Source: a virus
DNA length: 64,000 nucleotides
Direction: 5' to 3' (one strand)
Virus record (IMG/VR): IMGVR_UViG_3300028840_006907
Coordinates: 1-64,000 of that record
In this document: positions 37,692 through 46,877 of the stretch, one piece after another
Position numbering within the stretch: the stretch's first letter is position 1
Layout of the letters: each line of letters opens with the position of its first letter
Notes under the pieces: generated by a model
The model's database searches: none
What the model was told of the DNA's origin: nothing
The model's input: the letters and a program-made list of their open reading frames with translations, nothing else
Made by a program: the position numbers and the translations under genes

Positions 37692-38011
37692 TTTCTGATA
37701 TTATGTTGTTCTTTTTGATGAGTCACCCAGCTATCATAACCCAGACGGGTCTCCTCATTAGAGACAGCGAGTCTCCATTCTTTCATAGGAAAGTCGGGAT
37801 CTTCAGTTTCGAGTTTAGGATTTTGTTTGATGTAATCTGCTATGGATAATTCTTTTTCCAGTACACCTTCACACCCATCATTGGTAAGATTGACTTCGAC
37901 TATTTTATAACCATCTTCGTTTAATTGTTTATGTTTTATCATGATCTCTTTTAAGGATGAAGATGTGAAAGTAACTCTTTTAATGATTAAATCTTGGTTT
38001 TGGATCTTCAT
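37688..38011 (-). CDS. hypothetical protein
   Basis: 107-aa ORF. Confidence 0.45.
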   Translation of the reverse strand: MKIQNQDLIIKRVTFTSSSLKEIMIKHKQLNEDGYKIVEVNLTNDGCEGVLEKELSIADYIKQNPKLETEDPDFPMKEWRLAVSNEETRLGYDSWVTHQKEQHNIRK

Positions 38012-38017
38012 AAATTT

Positions 38018-38239
38018 TTACTCCTGGTTATTCTGTACGAGGAATGGGTGAAAACATCCATCTATGTATTGAAGTTTATACTCATCAGTTCCTTCTCTGA
38101 ATACAGTAGGTAAAGTTTCACCTTTATTATTCACATAAGCATTCCCTGTATAGTAATGATGCTTCTTATCAAATGTGAGACCGTATTTCTTACCTATGGC
38201 GGTCAGAGTCCTACGGGCTTTAACAATTTTATTATTCAT
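38018..38239 (-). CDS. hypothetical protein
   Basis: 73-aa ORF. Confidence 0.45.
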   Translation of the reverse strand: MNNKIVKARRTLTAIGKKYGLTFDKKHHYYTGNAYVNNKGETLPTVFREGTDEYKLQYIDGCFHPFLVQNNQE

Positions 38240-38525
38240 TTTCCTTTTTCTCCTTTAAGCTCTTTAATAATAATTCAGCTCTTACACTTTCTTTTAGGAT
38301 CTCTCCATAGTGTTCATGGCCTTCCGGGAATATGAAGTATTGGATAGCTTCTTTCTTGATTGGGCAATCGGCTTCGCCATCTTTTGTGGCTGAATAGAAG
38401 TGGGGATATTGACTATATCCGTTATCCCATTGCAGGGCATAGTATCGGTTAGTCTTTTTTGATTTATATATGTTCTTAAGGAATCCGGTATGACTATATA
38501 CAAATCTTAATTCTTGATAATCCAT
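38232..38525 (-). CDS. hypothetical protein
   Basis: 97-aa ORF preceded by conserved 23-nt leader. Confidence 0.5.
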   Translation of the reverse strand: MDYQELRFVYSHTGFLKNIYKSKKTNRYYALQWDNGYSQYPHFYSATKDGEADCPIKKEAIQYFIFPEGHEHYGEILKESVRAELLLKSLKEKKENE

Positions 38526-38534
38526 ATTGGTTAA

Positions 38535-38557
38535 TCCTTTTTAAGAGATGTCAGATT
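38535..38557 (-). promoter_or_regulatory. conserved 23-nt leader/translation-initiation element (copy 1)
   Basis: Minus strand AATCTGACATCTCTTAAAAAGGA, 10 nt before ATG. Confidence 0.5.
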
Positions 38558-38579
38558 ATAACTTTTAGTTTCTTTTGAT

Positions 38580-38837
38580 TTATATGTTCTTAAGGATATC
38601 AATTAAGTCAGTTAATTCACATTCACAATAAATTGAATAATGTAGACCTTCTGCATCCAAAAAAGTTAATTTGGAATTAATTATTACTAGTTCCTCATAA
38701 TCAAATACATTTACTTTGATAGCGTTACTATCGATATGTTTTGATTTGGTCTTACTTTTATTGATCTCAGTTTTTAATGCTTCTTTAATTTCTTTTTCTA
38801 AATTATTGTATCGATTAAGTAAGTTTTGATATTTCAT
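38580..38837 (-). CDS. hypothetical protein
   Basis: 85-aa ORF preceded by conserved leader. Confidence 0.5.
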   Translation of the reverse strand: MKYQNLLNRYNNLEKEIKEALKTEINKSKTKSKHIDSNAIKVNVFDYEELVIINSKLTFLDAEGLHYSIYCECELTDLIDILKNI

Positions 38838-38843
38838 AATATT

Positions 38844-38866
38844 TCCTTTTTAAGAGATGTCAGATT
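38844..38866 (-). promoter_or_regulatory. conserved 23-nt leader/translation-initiation element (copy 2)
   Basis: Identical 23-mer, 7 nt before ATG. Confidence 0.5.
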
Positions 38867-38871
38867 GTCAT

Positions 38872-39243
38872 TTAATACTGGTTAGTTGTGATAGAGAAAG
38901 AATTATAACAACTACCAAAGACATTTTCGAATCCAGAATGACTAACTAGGTCACTGATTTTAACAGGGAGAGGTAACTTGTTAAATTCATTCTCTGTTAA
39001 TCCCAGGAAACTAAGTAGGTCATTTTTAGAGACCCAATCATATTCTTCCCAAAAATCTATATCAGCATTTACAGTGGCCCAATCAAATACACAATCGTTT
39101 GCTTTTTCTGCAACATTAACTTTATAGTAGAATCGATATTCATTTTCTTTCTTTATAAACTTCCATGCCAGACCGTATTCATAGAGAGATGTACCAAGAT
39201 CTGTATCTGTTCCTTCATATCCTTTGAGTTCTGATAAGTACAT
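38872..39243 (-). CDS. hypothetical protein
   Basis: 123-aa ORF preceded by conserved leader. Confidence 0.5.
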   Translation of the reverse strand: MYLSELKGYEGTDTDLGTSLYEYGLAWKFIKKENEYRFYYKVNVAEKANDCVFDWATVNADIDFWEEYDWVSKNDLLSFLGLTENEFNKLPLPVKISDLVSHSGFENVFGSCYNSFSITTNQY

Positions 39244-39246
39244 AGT

Positions 39247-39498
39247 TTAATCCTTTTTAAGAGATGTCAGATTACAACTTTTAGTTTGTTTAAATTTAAT
39301 GATGAATTGATCAGGGTTATCGAGTCTTACTAGGACAGTACTGGATTCATATTCATATATGATAGCTCCAGACTGTCGTAGGTCGTTCAGTATTTCTGTC
39401 TCTGGGATATTAGTATCTTTAAAGTGATAGATACTATCATTCATACCGGTAGCTCTGGGGAATTTATTATTAGGGTTTTTTGTATATTTTACTGACAT
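39247..39498 (-). CDS. hypothetical protein
   Basis: 83-aa ORF. Confidence 0.45.
   Translation of the reverse strand: MSVKYTKNPNNKFPRATGMNDSIYHFKDTNIPETEILNDLRQSGAIIYEYESSTVLVRLDNPDQFIIKFKQTKSCNLTSLKKD
39251..39273 (-). promoter_or_regulatory. conserved 23-nt leader/translation-initiation element (copy 3)
   Basis: Identical 23-mer, 8 nt before ATG; overlaps last codons of upstream gene. Confidence 0.5.
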
Positions 39499-39718
39499 TT
39501 TTTGTTAATCCTTTCTATTGGTTGTTATTTCATGTATACATAGAATTATGGCGGTAATAAAGCATATTCCCATAATTGGACCGATTGTCCATGACCATGA
39601 GAATGTTCCTATAGAACCTGCCATAATAGCCAGGATCATAATTATGCCTAGTGCGGTAGATATTTTTTCTTTCATGATGGGTATATCCTTTTTTATGAGT
39701 TACAAGATCTACTACAGT

Positions 39719-40375
39719 TTATTCCTCTTCTTTTTGTTTGAGTGAACAGAATTCACTTGCAGAAATAAGTTCTGTTACTGCATTGTATATTTCTAGGTCG
39801 TCATCACTTGGAACAAGTTCCTTTTCATACTCCAGAATAAATTCTAGGATACTTCCCATTTTATGTTCAATGTTTTCTATGTCTGGTAATCTTTTGATAT
39901 CTTCTAACCAGACATCTACATCATTACTATAGGATGAGATGAAACCGTCACAGCTAGTATAGATAGCTTTTAAGAAAGTAGAATAAGATTTAAGGACTTC
40001 TTTATTCTCAAAGAATTTTTTGATAGCTTCAAGATCAATTTCTACTTCAATATTTATCGAGTCGTTTTCATAGTTATACTGTTTAGGGGATGATACATTT
40101 TGTAGATTTATTTTAACAACATATGGTTTTAATTTCTTTTCTACAAATTCAACAAAGATTTTAGCGAGGGCTTTTTCATATCCTTCGTTATCGATTTCAA
40201 GATCATCATATTCGATTTCTTCATCCAGACTGTATCCTTTTTCTTTTCTTTCTTCATGATGCCAATCGTCATTTTCATTATAACCTTCTAATACTTTATC
40301 TGTATCCAGATCATACAGGGTATTATAGAACCCTGGAAAGAGAGGACACCAAGTTTCGATTTTAGTTGTTCTCAT
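39719..40375 (-). CDS. hypothetical acidic protein
   Basis: 218-aa ORF, D/E-rich. Confidence 0.5.
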   Translation of the reverse strand: MRTTKIETWCPLFPGFYNTLYDLDTDKVLEGYNENDDWHHEERKEKGYSLDEEIEYDDLEIDNEGYEKALAKIFVEFVEKKLKPYVVKINLQNVSSPKQYNYENDSINIEVEIDLEAIKKFFENKEVLKSYSTFLKAIYTSCDGFISSYSNDVDVWLEDIKRLPDIENIEHKMGSILEFILEYEKELVPSDDDLEIYNAVTELISASEFCSLKQKEEE

Positions 40376-40677
40376 GATAATCCTCCAGACACTATAATTT
40401 CTCTTCTCTTTTCGAGATGGTGATATCTATGTCTTTTTATAATGGTTAGATCATAACCAATGCTTTCTAGTTCTTCTTTAAGATCTTTATATTCTTCGGG
40501 AGTAGCTAATCTACTTTCCTGAATGATCCCGTAAGGGTTACAGGCTCCGTGTTGGCCTATATGTTCATAAGACGAACAGGTCATAGGATTAGTATTTCCG
40601 GGTTCTTCGGGGAAGATAGCTATTACTTCGTTTGATATTTTCCAGAAACGGAAGATCACTTTAGTTTTGTTATTCAT
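40372..40677 (-). CDS. hypothetical protein
   Basis: 101-aa ORF, 4-nt overlap. Confidence 0.45.
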   Translation of the reverse strand: MNNKTKVIFRFWKISNEVIAIFPEEPGNTNPMTCSSYEHIGQHGACNPYGIIQESRLATPEEYKDLKEELESIGYDLTIIKRHRYHHLEKRREIIVSGGLS

Positions 40678-40679
40678 AG

Positions 40680-40967
40680 TTAAGTCTCCTGTAGAGCGAT
40701 TTGAAATCTATTGGTATACTTCTGTATCTCTTTAGCGTATCTCTCATCACTCATAGTTTGGTTGTCGATTATTCTAATTTCTAGTACTTCTGAATCTTTA
40801 GTAAAAGTATTTATCATGGTAGTCTTGGTAATAGGGTAATATCCTTTCCAGTGTTTCACTATAAAGACTAAAGCCTCTTCTTTTATTACCCACTGTCTAC
40901 CGTACAATAAATCATGCTTTTTCATATCTTGGAGTATGTTTTCGAGTTTTATCCATGTTAATTTCAT
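40680..40967 (-). CDS. hypothetical protein
   Basis: 95-aa ORF. Confidence 0.45.
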   Translation of the reverse strand: MKLTWIKLENILQDMKKHDLLYGRQWVIKEEALVFIVKHWKGYYPITKTTMINTFTKDSEVLEIRIIDNQTMSDERYAKEIQKYTNRFQIALQET

Positions 40968-40968
40968 A

Positions 40969-41331
40969 TTATTTCACACACTTGTAACAGTGATTCATAA
41001 TAGTTGTGATGTTTGTATTAAAGAGTTTAACAAAGAAGTCTTTCTTATCATTATTAATAAGATATTCATAGACCGTATTAACTACATTGGCACTAAAGAG
41101 ATCCAGTAATACACCATCTACTAAAAGGCATTGTTTCTTTTTCAGTACCCATTTAATAGCGAGGATCTTTTTGATTTTACTACCATTAGTTTTACAGGTA
41201 TAATCTTTTACTGTATCGAGTATTTCTAATTTATCCTCACATGTACCATCATACCACCAATCCTTTATGATTTCAATTTCGTATTCTTTTAATTCGTTTT
41301 CGTTCATTGGATTTACTAATGTTGATGCCAT
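40969..41331 (-). CDS. hypothetical protein
   Basis: 120-aa ORF. Confidence 0.45.
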   Translation of the reverse strand: MASTLVNPMNENELKEYEIEIIKDWWYDGTCEDKLEILDTVKDYTCKTNGSKIKKILAIKWVLKKKQCLLVDGVLLDLFSANVVNTVYEYLINNDKKDFFVKLFNTNITTIMNHCYKCVK

Positions 41332-41465
41332 TATATGTTCTCCTTGTTATAATTACCTGGAACAGGTAGAGTTAAAAATATATATTACGTATTAGAAGTG
41401 CTTGAGTCGCGCTTTAAGGCATGGAGTAAGCCCGACCTTTACGGACAGTCGGGCTTCTCTATGCA

Positions 41466-42086
41466 TTACCAGTCCCAGCACCGGGCACATTCCAAACATC
41501 CCGATACTTCATGCCAGACTGCAAGACAGTCCAGAGGATGTTTAGGAACGTTTTTAACTACTGAACCATGACAGTGGTAGGGAAATACTATAATGATTCG
41601 GGGATCATCTGGAACAGTATCTACGTCTCTCCTAGGGCCAAAACACATCTTACCTGGAAATTTACTCCAGACTTTCTTTGGAGTTGTAGCATCGATACTT
41701 AATAATAATCTGAGATTAGGTAATTGATCATTAATGACCTTTGCTATTTCAGGTTTCCTTGTCATGCCATAGAACATAGTTTTAGGGCATTCATTAGCGA
41801 GGTTAATAATATTATTCACGTGATCAGGTAATAGATCACCACATCCATTTAAACGTACTGCATGACAGTTTTTACATTCGACTATGACTTTGAGTAGATC
41901 ATTACCGGTGAAGTAATCAGAAACATAGTTCTGTTTTTTCACGGTATTGGGTAAAGCCATATGTCCGGATCGGGCATAGCAAAGTTTCTGACATAACTTA
42001 CTAGGTCTACAATGCCCTTTCATGGGAAAGTTTATTGAGACACCAGTTTTCTTGTTTTCAGAAATGATAGTTAATGGAGTATACAT
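41466..42086 (-). CDS. Cys-cluster protein, possibly phage Gp37/Gp68-like
   Basis: N-terminal GHCRPSKLCQKLCYA cluster; weak resemblance only. Confidence 0.3.
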   Translation of the reverse strand: MYTPLTIISENKKTGVSINFPMKGHCRPSKLCQKLCYARSGHMALPNTVKKQNYVSDYFTGNDLLKVIVECKNCHAVRLNGCGDLLPDHVNNIINLANECPKTMFYGMTRKPEIAKVINDQLPNLRLLLSIDATTPKKVWSKFPGKMCFGPRRDVDTVPDDPRIIIVFPYHCHGSVVKNVPKHPLDCLAVWHEVSGCLECARCWDW

Positions 42087-42627
42087 ACTTATACCTCCTG
42101 TTAATATGTAACATTGTTCTTAATTTTATTCATATATTAAAGACTCTCTCGTATACTATCTTGAGAGAGGATTTTTCGAATTGATATTTATTTACTGAGC
42201 GAGTAATTGTTGTTGAATTTAATGAAATTTTAAGTACCCCAATGTGCGTGTAAGTAAATTTGAATTTTTCTGTGATAACAGACTGAAAACACTTAGGGAT
42301 GAAAACTGTAAGTACCGTCCCCCAAATAGGGCTAGGGAGGTTATTTTGTATCTGAGAAATCAGATTTGGAAAGTAAAAATAATAATATTTTTCTACTCTT
42401 TTTTGATCTTTTATAATAAATTATAAACGAGTCTCCAGGACATTCAGACCGTCTTGTGAGAAAATGATGAGTTAAATAGTTTGCGCCCCCTGGAAGCTGA
42501 AAACCGAGGGGGCGCATTAACACAAATAAAGGAACGCCCTCAAAAGAGGGTGTCACCCTTTATCTACTTAATATATCCTGAATCAACCAAAAAGTCAACT
42601 TTAATATTTCCAACACTTTATAATAAA

Positions 42628-43926
42628 TTACACGTTATAGTTCTCATTAACTGTTTCAGTTTTCTCAAATTCCTTTTTTAATAATGAGATACCATACATG
42701 CCTACGTCTGGTTGAAAGATTAATAGACGTTCATATTTAGTTCTGCCTTTTGAGAATTTCACTTTATCTCTGACAGAATCGGGGATTTCAGAAATACCAA
42801 AGAGGAGCTTATTAAGAAATTCATATTCTGCATAGAATTGATTCTTTTCATTTTCTTTATAAGATCTTTCTTTCATAAGATTAAGGATAGATCTTTCATT
42901 ACCATCAAATTTCTTTAAGAAGTTAGCATTAACAGTAAACTTCTTAGGTGATTTATATTCTTTCCATTCAACACCTTTCATCCAGTGCGGGAAAGGTTTA
43001 TCAGGATTGGCATATCTAAAGTTGGCGTATTCTTCACCACGAATATAGAACTGTAATTGAGATTTGATCTTATATGTTAGCCATTTCTTTCTTTTAACGA
43101 CTTCTACTAGAGTATCTTGGTTAAGGGGCATCATAGCATATTCCCCGACCAAGGGAGGAATATCTACTTCATAGGTGACTGATTTAATTTTAATTTTTTT
43201 CTCGTTACCAAGTTTAGTAGTTTCAGGCCATTCCTTTTTCTCTTCGGGAGGTAAGACAATACCTTTATCGTTCATAAGTTTAATAAGTCCACCAAGATAT
43301 TGTATTTCATCTTCCAGACGGGCTAGGGCTATTTTAATTACAAAGTAATTAGAGGAGAAGATATTAAATCTTCTTTGAGGAGCTATAAAATTATTAAAGG
43401 TTATCTTTCCATTGGAAGCTAGTTTAATAAAGAACTCGTTCTCTTTTGCAGTGGGCATGAACTCTATACGTTCCCAACCTTCATACCATTCACCGTCTAC
43501 ACCTACAACATTAAAGACTCGGAAGTCTCCGGTATCATCGAACTTCATGATATTAACATCAACTATTCTCATACCAAAAGACCAAAGATCTTTAGCACAA
43601 GAAAGGCCAACGACTTTACCGTGTCTATTTTCTTTTGAGACAAGGTGCTGTCCATCTTTTAAGACTGTGCCTCTCATGGCATGGTACTTAGATATATTGA
43701 TCACGGCATTACGTGACATAAAGTTATACATTGCAGACTGAAGATCGAGAGTAGTTCCGGTATAATTACCTTCAGCATCACAGACTGTTGTAGGATTTTT
43801 ACTGAATATATCGGGAATAAGACTTTTAACTAAGGTCTCATAATCTACATCCTGAGACCTGTTAATAAGAGTTTTTACGAATGGTTCTTTTAATATGTTT
43901 TTTAGTTTTTCAGGTACTTTCTTCAT
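42628..43926 (-). CDS. hypothetical protein (432 aa)
   Basis: Long ORF with TATAAT-type motif about 35 nt upstream. Confidence 0.55.
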   Translation of the reverse strand: MKKVPEKLKNILKEPFVKTLINRSQDVDYETLVKSLIPDIFSKNPTTVCDAEGNYTGTTLDLQSAMYNFMSRNAVINISKYHAMRGTVLKDGQHLVSKENRHGKVVGLSCAKDLWSFGMRIVDVNIMKFDDTGDFRVFNVVGVDGEWYEGWERIEFMPTAKENEFFIKLASNGKITFNNFIAPQRRFNIFSSNYFVIKIALARLEDEIQYLGGLIKLMNDKGIVLPPEEKKEWPETTKLGNEKKIKIKSVTYEVDIPPLVGEYAMMPLNQDTLVEVVKRKKWLTYKIKSQLQFYIRGEEYANFRYANPDKPFPHWMKGVEWKEYKSPKKFTVNANFLKKFDGNERSILNLMKERSYKENEKNQFYAEYEFLNKLLFGISEIPDSVRDKVKFSKGRTKYERLLIFQPDVGMYGISLLKKEFEKTETVNENYNV

Positions 43927-43966
43927 AATGAATATCCTTTTAAAGATTACGGTTCGGTATCATATA

Positions 43967-43978
43967 TTATACGAGATT
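43967..43978 (-). promoter_or_regulatory. CGTATAAT-type box upstream of 42628-43926
   Basis: Minus strand reads ATCTCGTATAAT; half-palindrome variant of the GAGATCTC motif. Confidence 0.35.
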
Positions 43979-44023
43979 TAGGAAAGAAAGTGATAAGAAA
44001 AAAATTTAATTATTTATTTAAGT

Positions 44024-44542
44024 CTAACCTTTCGAGGTATTTAAAGATTTAATATAATCCTTTCGTTTTGTATGATATTCTGTATAAACAAAAGGAATCT
44101 CAATAAATTGTTTCCCATACCAAGACTGGCCTTTAACATTACTTAATTGAACCTTAATATTCTGAGGAAACTCATAGTTATCCATCAACCACTTCCAGAC
44201 TTCTTCAGAGAAAAGGATATGTAGGTCAGAACAATAATTATTCATGTTCTCCTCTGGAATATTAAACATTTCTTGTAATAATTTTTTCCAGGTCATATCT
44301 AATTGATCCAAGATATCTTTCTTATCCTTTTTAGTAAGGATATAATCACACCCGTCCCCAAGGGGGACAAAGCCAGACTTAAGAGCGTGTATGGCTTTGC
44401 CTCCGGCATCGGTGGTTCCGTATAATTCAGAGGAGCATTGAAAATTAATTGATCCATCTTTATAAACTGTTATGGGAGTCTTTCTTTTAATAGTCATAAT
44501 AATCTCCAGGTTAATTGGTGAATAACCAGACTGTCGGTTCAT
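44024..44542 (-). CDS. hypothetical protein
   Basis: 172-aa ORF. Confidence 0.5.
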   Translation of the reverse strand: MNRQSGYSPINLEIIMTIKRKTPITVYKDGSINFQCSSELYGTTDAGGKAIHALKSGFVPLGDGCDYILTKKDKKDILDQLDMTWKKLLQEMFNIPEENMNNYCSDLHILFSEEVWKWLMDNYEFPQNIKVQLSNVKGQSWYGKQFIEIPFVYTEYHTKRKDYIKSLNTSKG

Positions 44543-44720
44543 AAGGTTTATTGTGGAGGTCTAACTTACCACGTAGATTCTTATGAAGGACTTTTACTGT
44601 TCGATAAGTTTTCTTATTAAGTTTAGCTTCTTTCAAAGCCTCTTCATAAGATTTACCAATTACTTTTCTTAATATCTTACCATTTACTTCTATTGATTCG
44701 GGTAGATTACATTGAATCAT
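44511..44720 (-). CDS. hypothetical protein
   Basis: 69-aa ORF. Confidence 0.4.
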   Translation of the reverse strand: MIQCNLPESIEVNGKILRKVIGKSYEEALKEAKLNKKTYRTVKVLHKNLRGKLDLHNKPYEPTVWLFTN

Positions 44721-44983
44721 AATCCCTCCTGTTCTTTATCTATCCATTCAGTTTCTATCTCAGTAAGAGCATTAATTAATTCTCTCATATGAGATATAGG
44801 AACTTCGATGAAACATTTTCCAGGTTGACCTTTACTTGTTATAGGTCTAATTTCTATGAAAGGTCTTTCACCTTCGAATGGACTTTCAAATTGCCCCAGA
44901 CTGAGACCGGAACATTTAAAAGAACCGTTACGTCCTAAGAACTTAGAATGATATCCGTCAAATTTAAAAGTTTTCTTTATCAT
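44717..44983 (-). CDS. hypothetical protein
   Basis: 88-aa ORF. Confidence 0.45.
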   Translation of the reverse strand: MIKKTFKFDGYHSKFLGRNGSFKCSGLSLGQFESPFEGERPFIEIRPITSKGQPGKCFIEVPISHMRELINALTEIETEWIDKEQEGL

Positions 44984-44997
44984 GATTTAATCTCCTG

Positions 44998-45567
44998 TTA
45001 GAGTTTTAATTCTTGTTGAATACCTTCAGTTTTTTCAATATGGTCTATATCGTGATCAATAATGCTTCGAGTATCGGGTAGTAACCCACTCTTTTCATGA
45101 TCATATCCAAAGAAGCCCCAGCAAGAGTGGATCTCTTCACCATCTTTATTTTTAACAATGTATCCGTAGACAGCATCTGTTAATAGACAGTCATAGGTCT
45201 CAACTTCAGACCGAAGAATATCTTTAATCTTTTCGATACGTTCTTCATTAAGTTCTGTCCAATTAAATTCAGACAGGGCTTTGCTTTTCTCTACGTAGAT
45301 CCAACCGACTTGACCACTGTCCCAAGGACAGTCAAAGCCAGTCGTATTCATGGTTAAACCACTGTGATCATATAGATACAGGGGTAGATAGATAACGTCC
45401 TCAAAGGGTATCGAATCGACGTCATATGGTGCGCCTTTATCATTGAAGTCGTAGCGTCTATGTTTAGATACCATTGATCCAAAATTATCCCATTCTGTTC
45501 TAGGGTTCAAGGGATCTTCATCAACATGAATTTCAATTGTGTAGTTTTTATATTTTATAGTTTCCAT
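44998..45567 (-). CDS. hypothetical protein
   Basis: 189-aa ORF. Confidence 0.5.
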   Translation of the reverse strand: METIKYKNYTIEIHVDEDPLNPRTEWDNFGSMVSKHRRYDFNDKGAPYDVDSIPFEDVIYLPLYLYDHSGLTMNTTGFDCPWDSGQVGWIYVEKSKALSEFNWTELNEERIEKIKDILRSEVETYDCLLTDAVYGYIVKNKDGEEIHSCWGFFGYDHEKSGLLPDTRSIIDHDIDHIEKTEGIQQELKL

Positions 45568-45639
45568 AATACCTCAATACCTCTCTTTTATTAAATATAA
45601 TTAACTGGAATGATTTGACTTAGATATATTTTATATATA

Positions 45640-45669
45640 ATGGGGTGGTCATCCCCGGATTTACCGGGG
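45640..45669. other. GC-rich structured element: ATGGGGTGG box plus CCCCGG-N5-CCGGGG hairpin (copy 2)
   Basis: atggggtggtcatccccggatttaccgggg; same bipartite element as 20852-20897. Confidence 0.4.
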
Positions 45670-45722
45670 CTGTCTCTGGGAGAATCGATACAAATGGCGG
45701 TGATTTAGACCACTCCATTTTA

Positions 45723-45980
45723 TTAGACATAGATATATTCTATAGCGGAATGTACAAGATAATAGCATCTTTGACCGTCATAAGTACTTTTATAGTACGC
45801 TACATGCCAGTCTTTTTTAATACTAGGGATGCACGTTCCTGTATATCCAAACTGTTCATTGACTTCTTGGAGGGAGACGTGTTTAAAGAAAGTATTGGCT
45901 GTTATCTTTCTTCCGTTATCAGTCATATCGTTAATAAGTTCTGCTGTGCTTGCAACACAGCATGTTAAATATTCATACAT
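45723..45980 (-). CDS. hypothetical protein
   Basis: 85-aa ORF. Confidence 0.45.
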   Translation of the reverse strand: MYEYLTCCVASTAELINDMTDNGRKITANTFFKHVSLQEVNEQFGYTGTCIPSIKKDWHVAYYKSTYDGQRCYYLVHSAIEYIYV

Positions 45981-46198
45981 GATTTACCTCCAGACTGGGT
46001 ATAACAATTATCTTCACAAGTTCCACCACGTCCAAGTCTATCACAAGCAATGCCATAATCTACTGGGCATATTTCAAGGTTAGATTTAATCTTTCGGTAA
46101 TCGTGGTGTTCACAACTGCGACAAATTGAACCATTTTGAGTGGTATCATTTCCAAGTTTATTACATATACTACCATTAACCGGACATTCTCTAGGCAT
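45965..46198 (-). CDS. cysteine-rich small protein
   Basis: 11 Cys in 77 aa. Confidence 0.45.
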   Translation of the reverse strand: MPRECPVNGSICNKLGNDTTQNGSICRSCEHHDYRKIKSNLEICPVDYGIACDRLGRGGTCEDNCYTQSGGKSCMNI

Positions 46199-46745
46199 TG
46201 TTACTTCTCCTTATCGTTATGATATTAGTTTTCTTCTTTTTCTTGACTCCAGACTTCTTTTGTCTCTGAAATTCATAGTAACTTTCCATATCACGAAGTT
46301 CAATCTCACCTTTCTTCACATACTTATGAAGCAGTGAAATAAATCCGGTAACCTGGAAGATTGCAGTCTTACTAGATAACTTATCTTTAATTTCCAGACA
46401 GGCATCTTCGTGTATCTCTCCATTAAGAGCGATAAACTCCTGTCTCATTAAATCTTTCTCCCAATCTTCCAGACTGCGTTTCTTTTCAATCTTGTGCCCG
46501 TTCTTAGATCCTTTAGGGATACGGGGGTCGAGTTCTTTATCTGTTTTCTCAGATACAGATTTAGTTGGAAGTTCCAAAGTGGTTTGTACTGGTGTTTTAA
46601 GTTCTTTCTGTTCAGGTTTAGAAGTATTCATCTTCTCTTGAACCATTGCAGGAATGATAACTTTTTTAACGAAGGTTAAAACGATAGTTCTATTTTCATC
46701 ATTGATTAAATCAAGTGTAGAATTTAAAAGATCATTAGTATTCAT
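46191..46745 (-). CDS. hypothetical protein
   Basis: 184-aa ORF, K-rich C-terminus. Confidence 0.5.
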   Translation of the reverse strand: MNTNDLLNSTLDLINDENRTIVLTFVKKVIIPAMVQEKMNTSKPEQKELKTPVQTTLELPTKSVSEKTDKELDPRIPKGSKNGHKIEKKRSLEDWEKDLMRQEFIALNGEIHEDACLEIKDKLSSKTAIFQVTGFISLLHKYVKKGEIELRDMESYYEFQRQKKSGVKKKKKTNIITIRRSNNA

Positions 46746-46877
46746 TGGATACCTCCATATTTATTATTTATGATATGTTATTTATTATCGATACTTTTTC
46801 GGGACTCTCAACTCTTATGGTATCGATAAGTCCCCCCAGTAGAGAGTTCCTATCTCTCTACCGGCCAGAGTTATATA

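Noticed and set aside
42628-43926. RNA/DNA ligase or primase assignment for the 432-aa protein
   Set aside because: No clean nucleotidyltransferase KxDG motif or primase motif could be found; left as hypothetical.
45645-45968. Plus-strand ORF 45645-45968 (107 aa, GTG start)
   Set aside because: Begins inside the GC-rich hairpin element and runs antisense to leftward gene 45723-45980; no ribosome-binding site.
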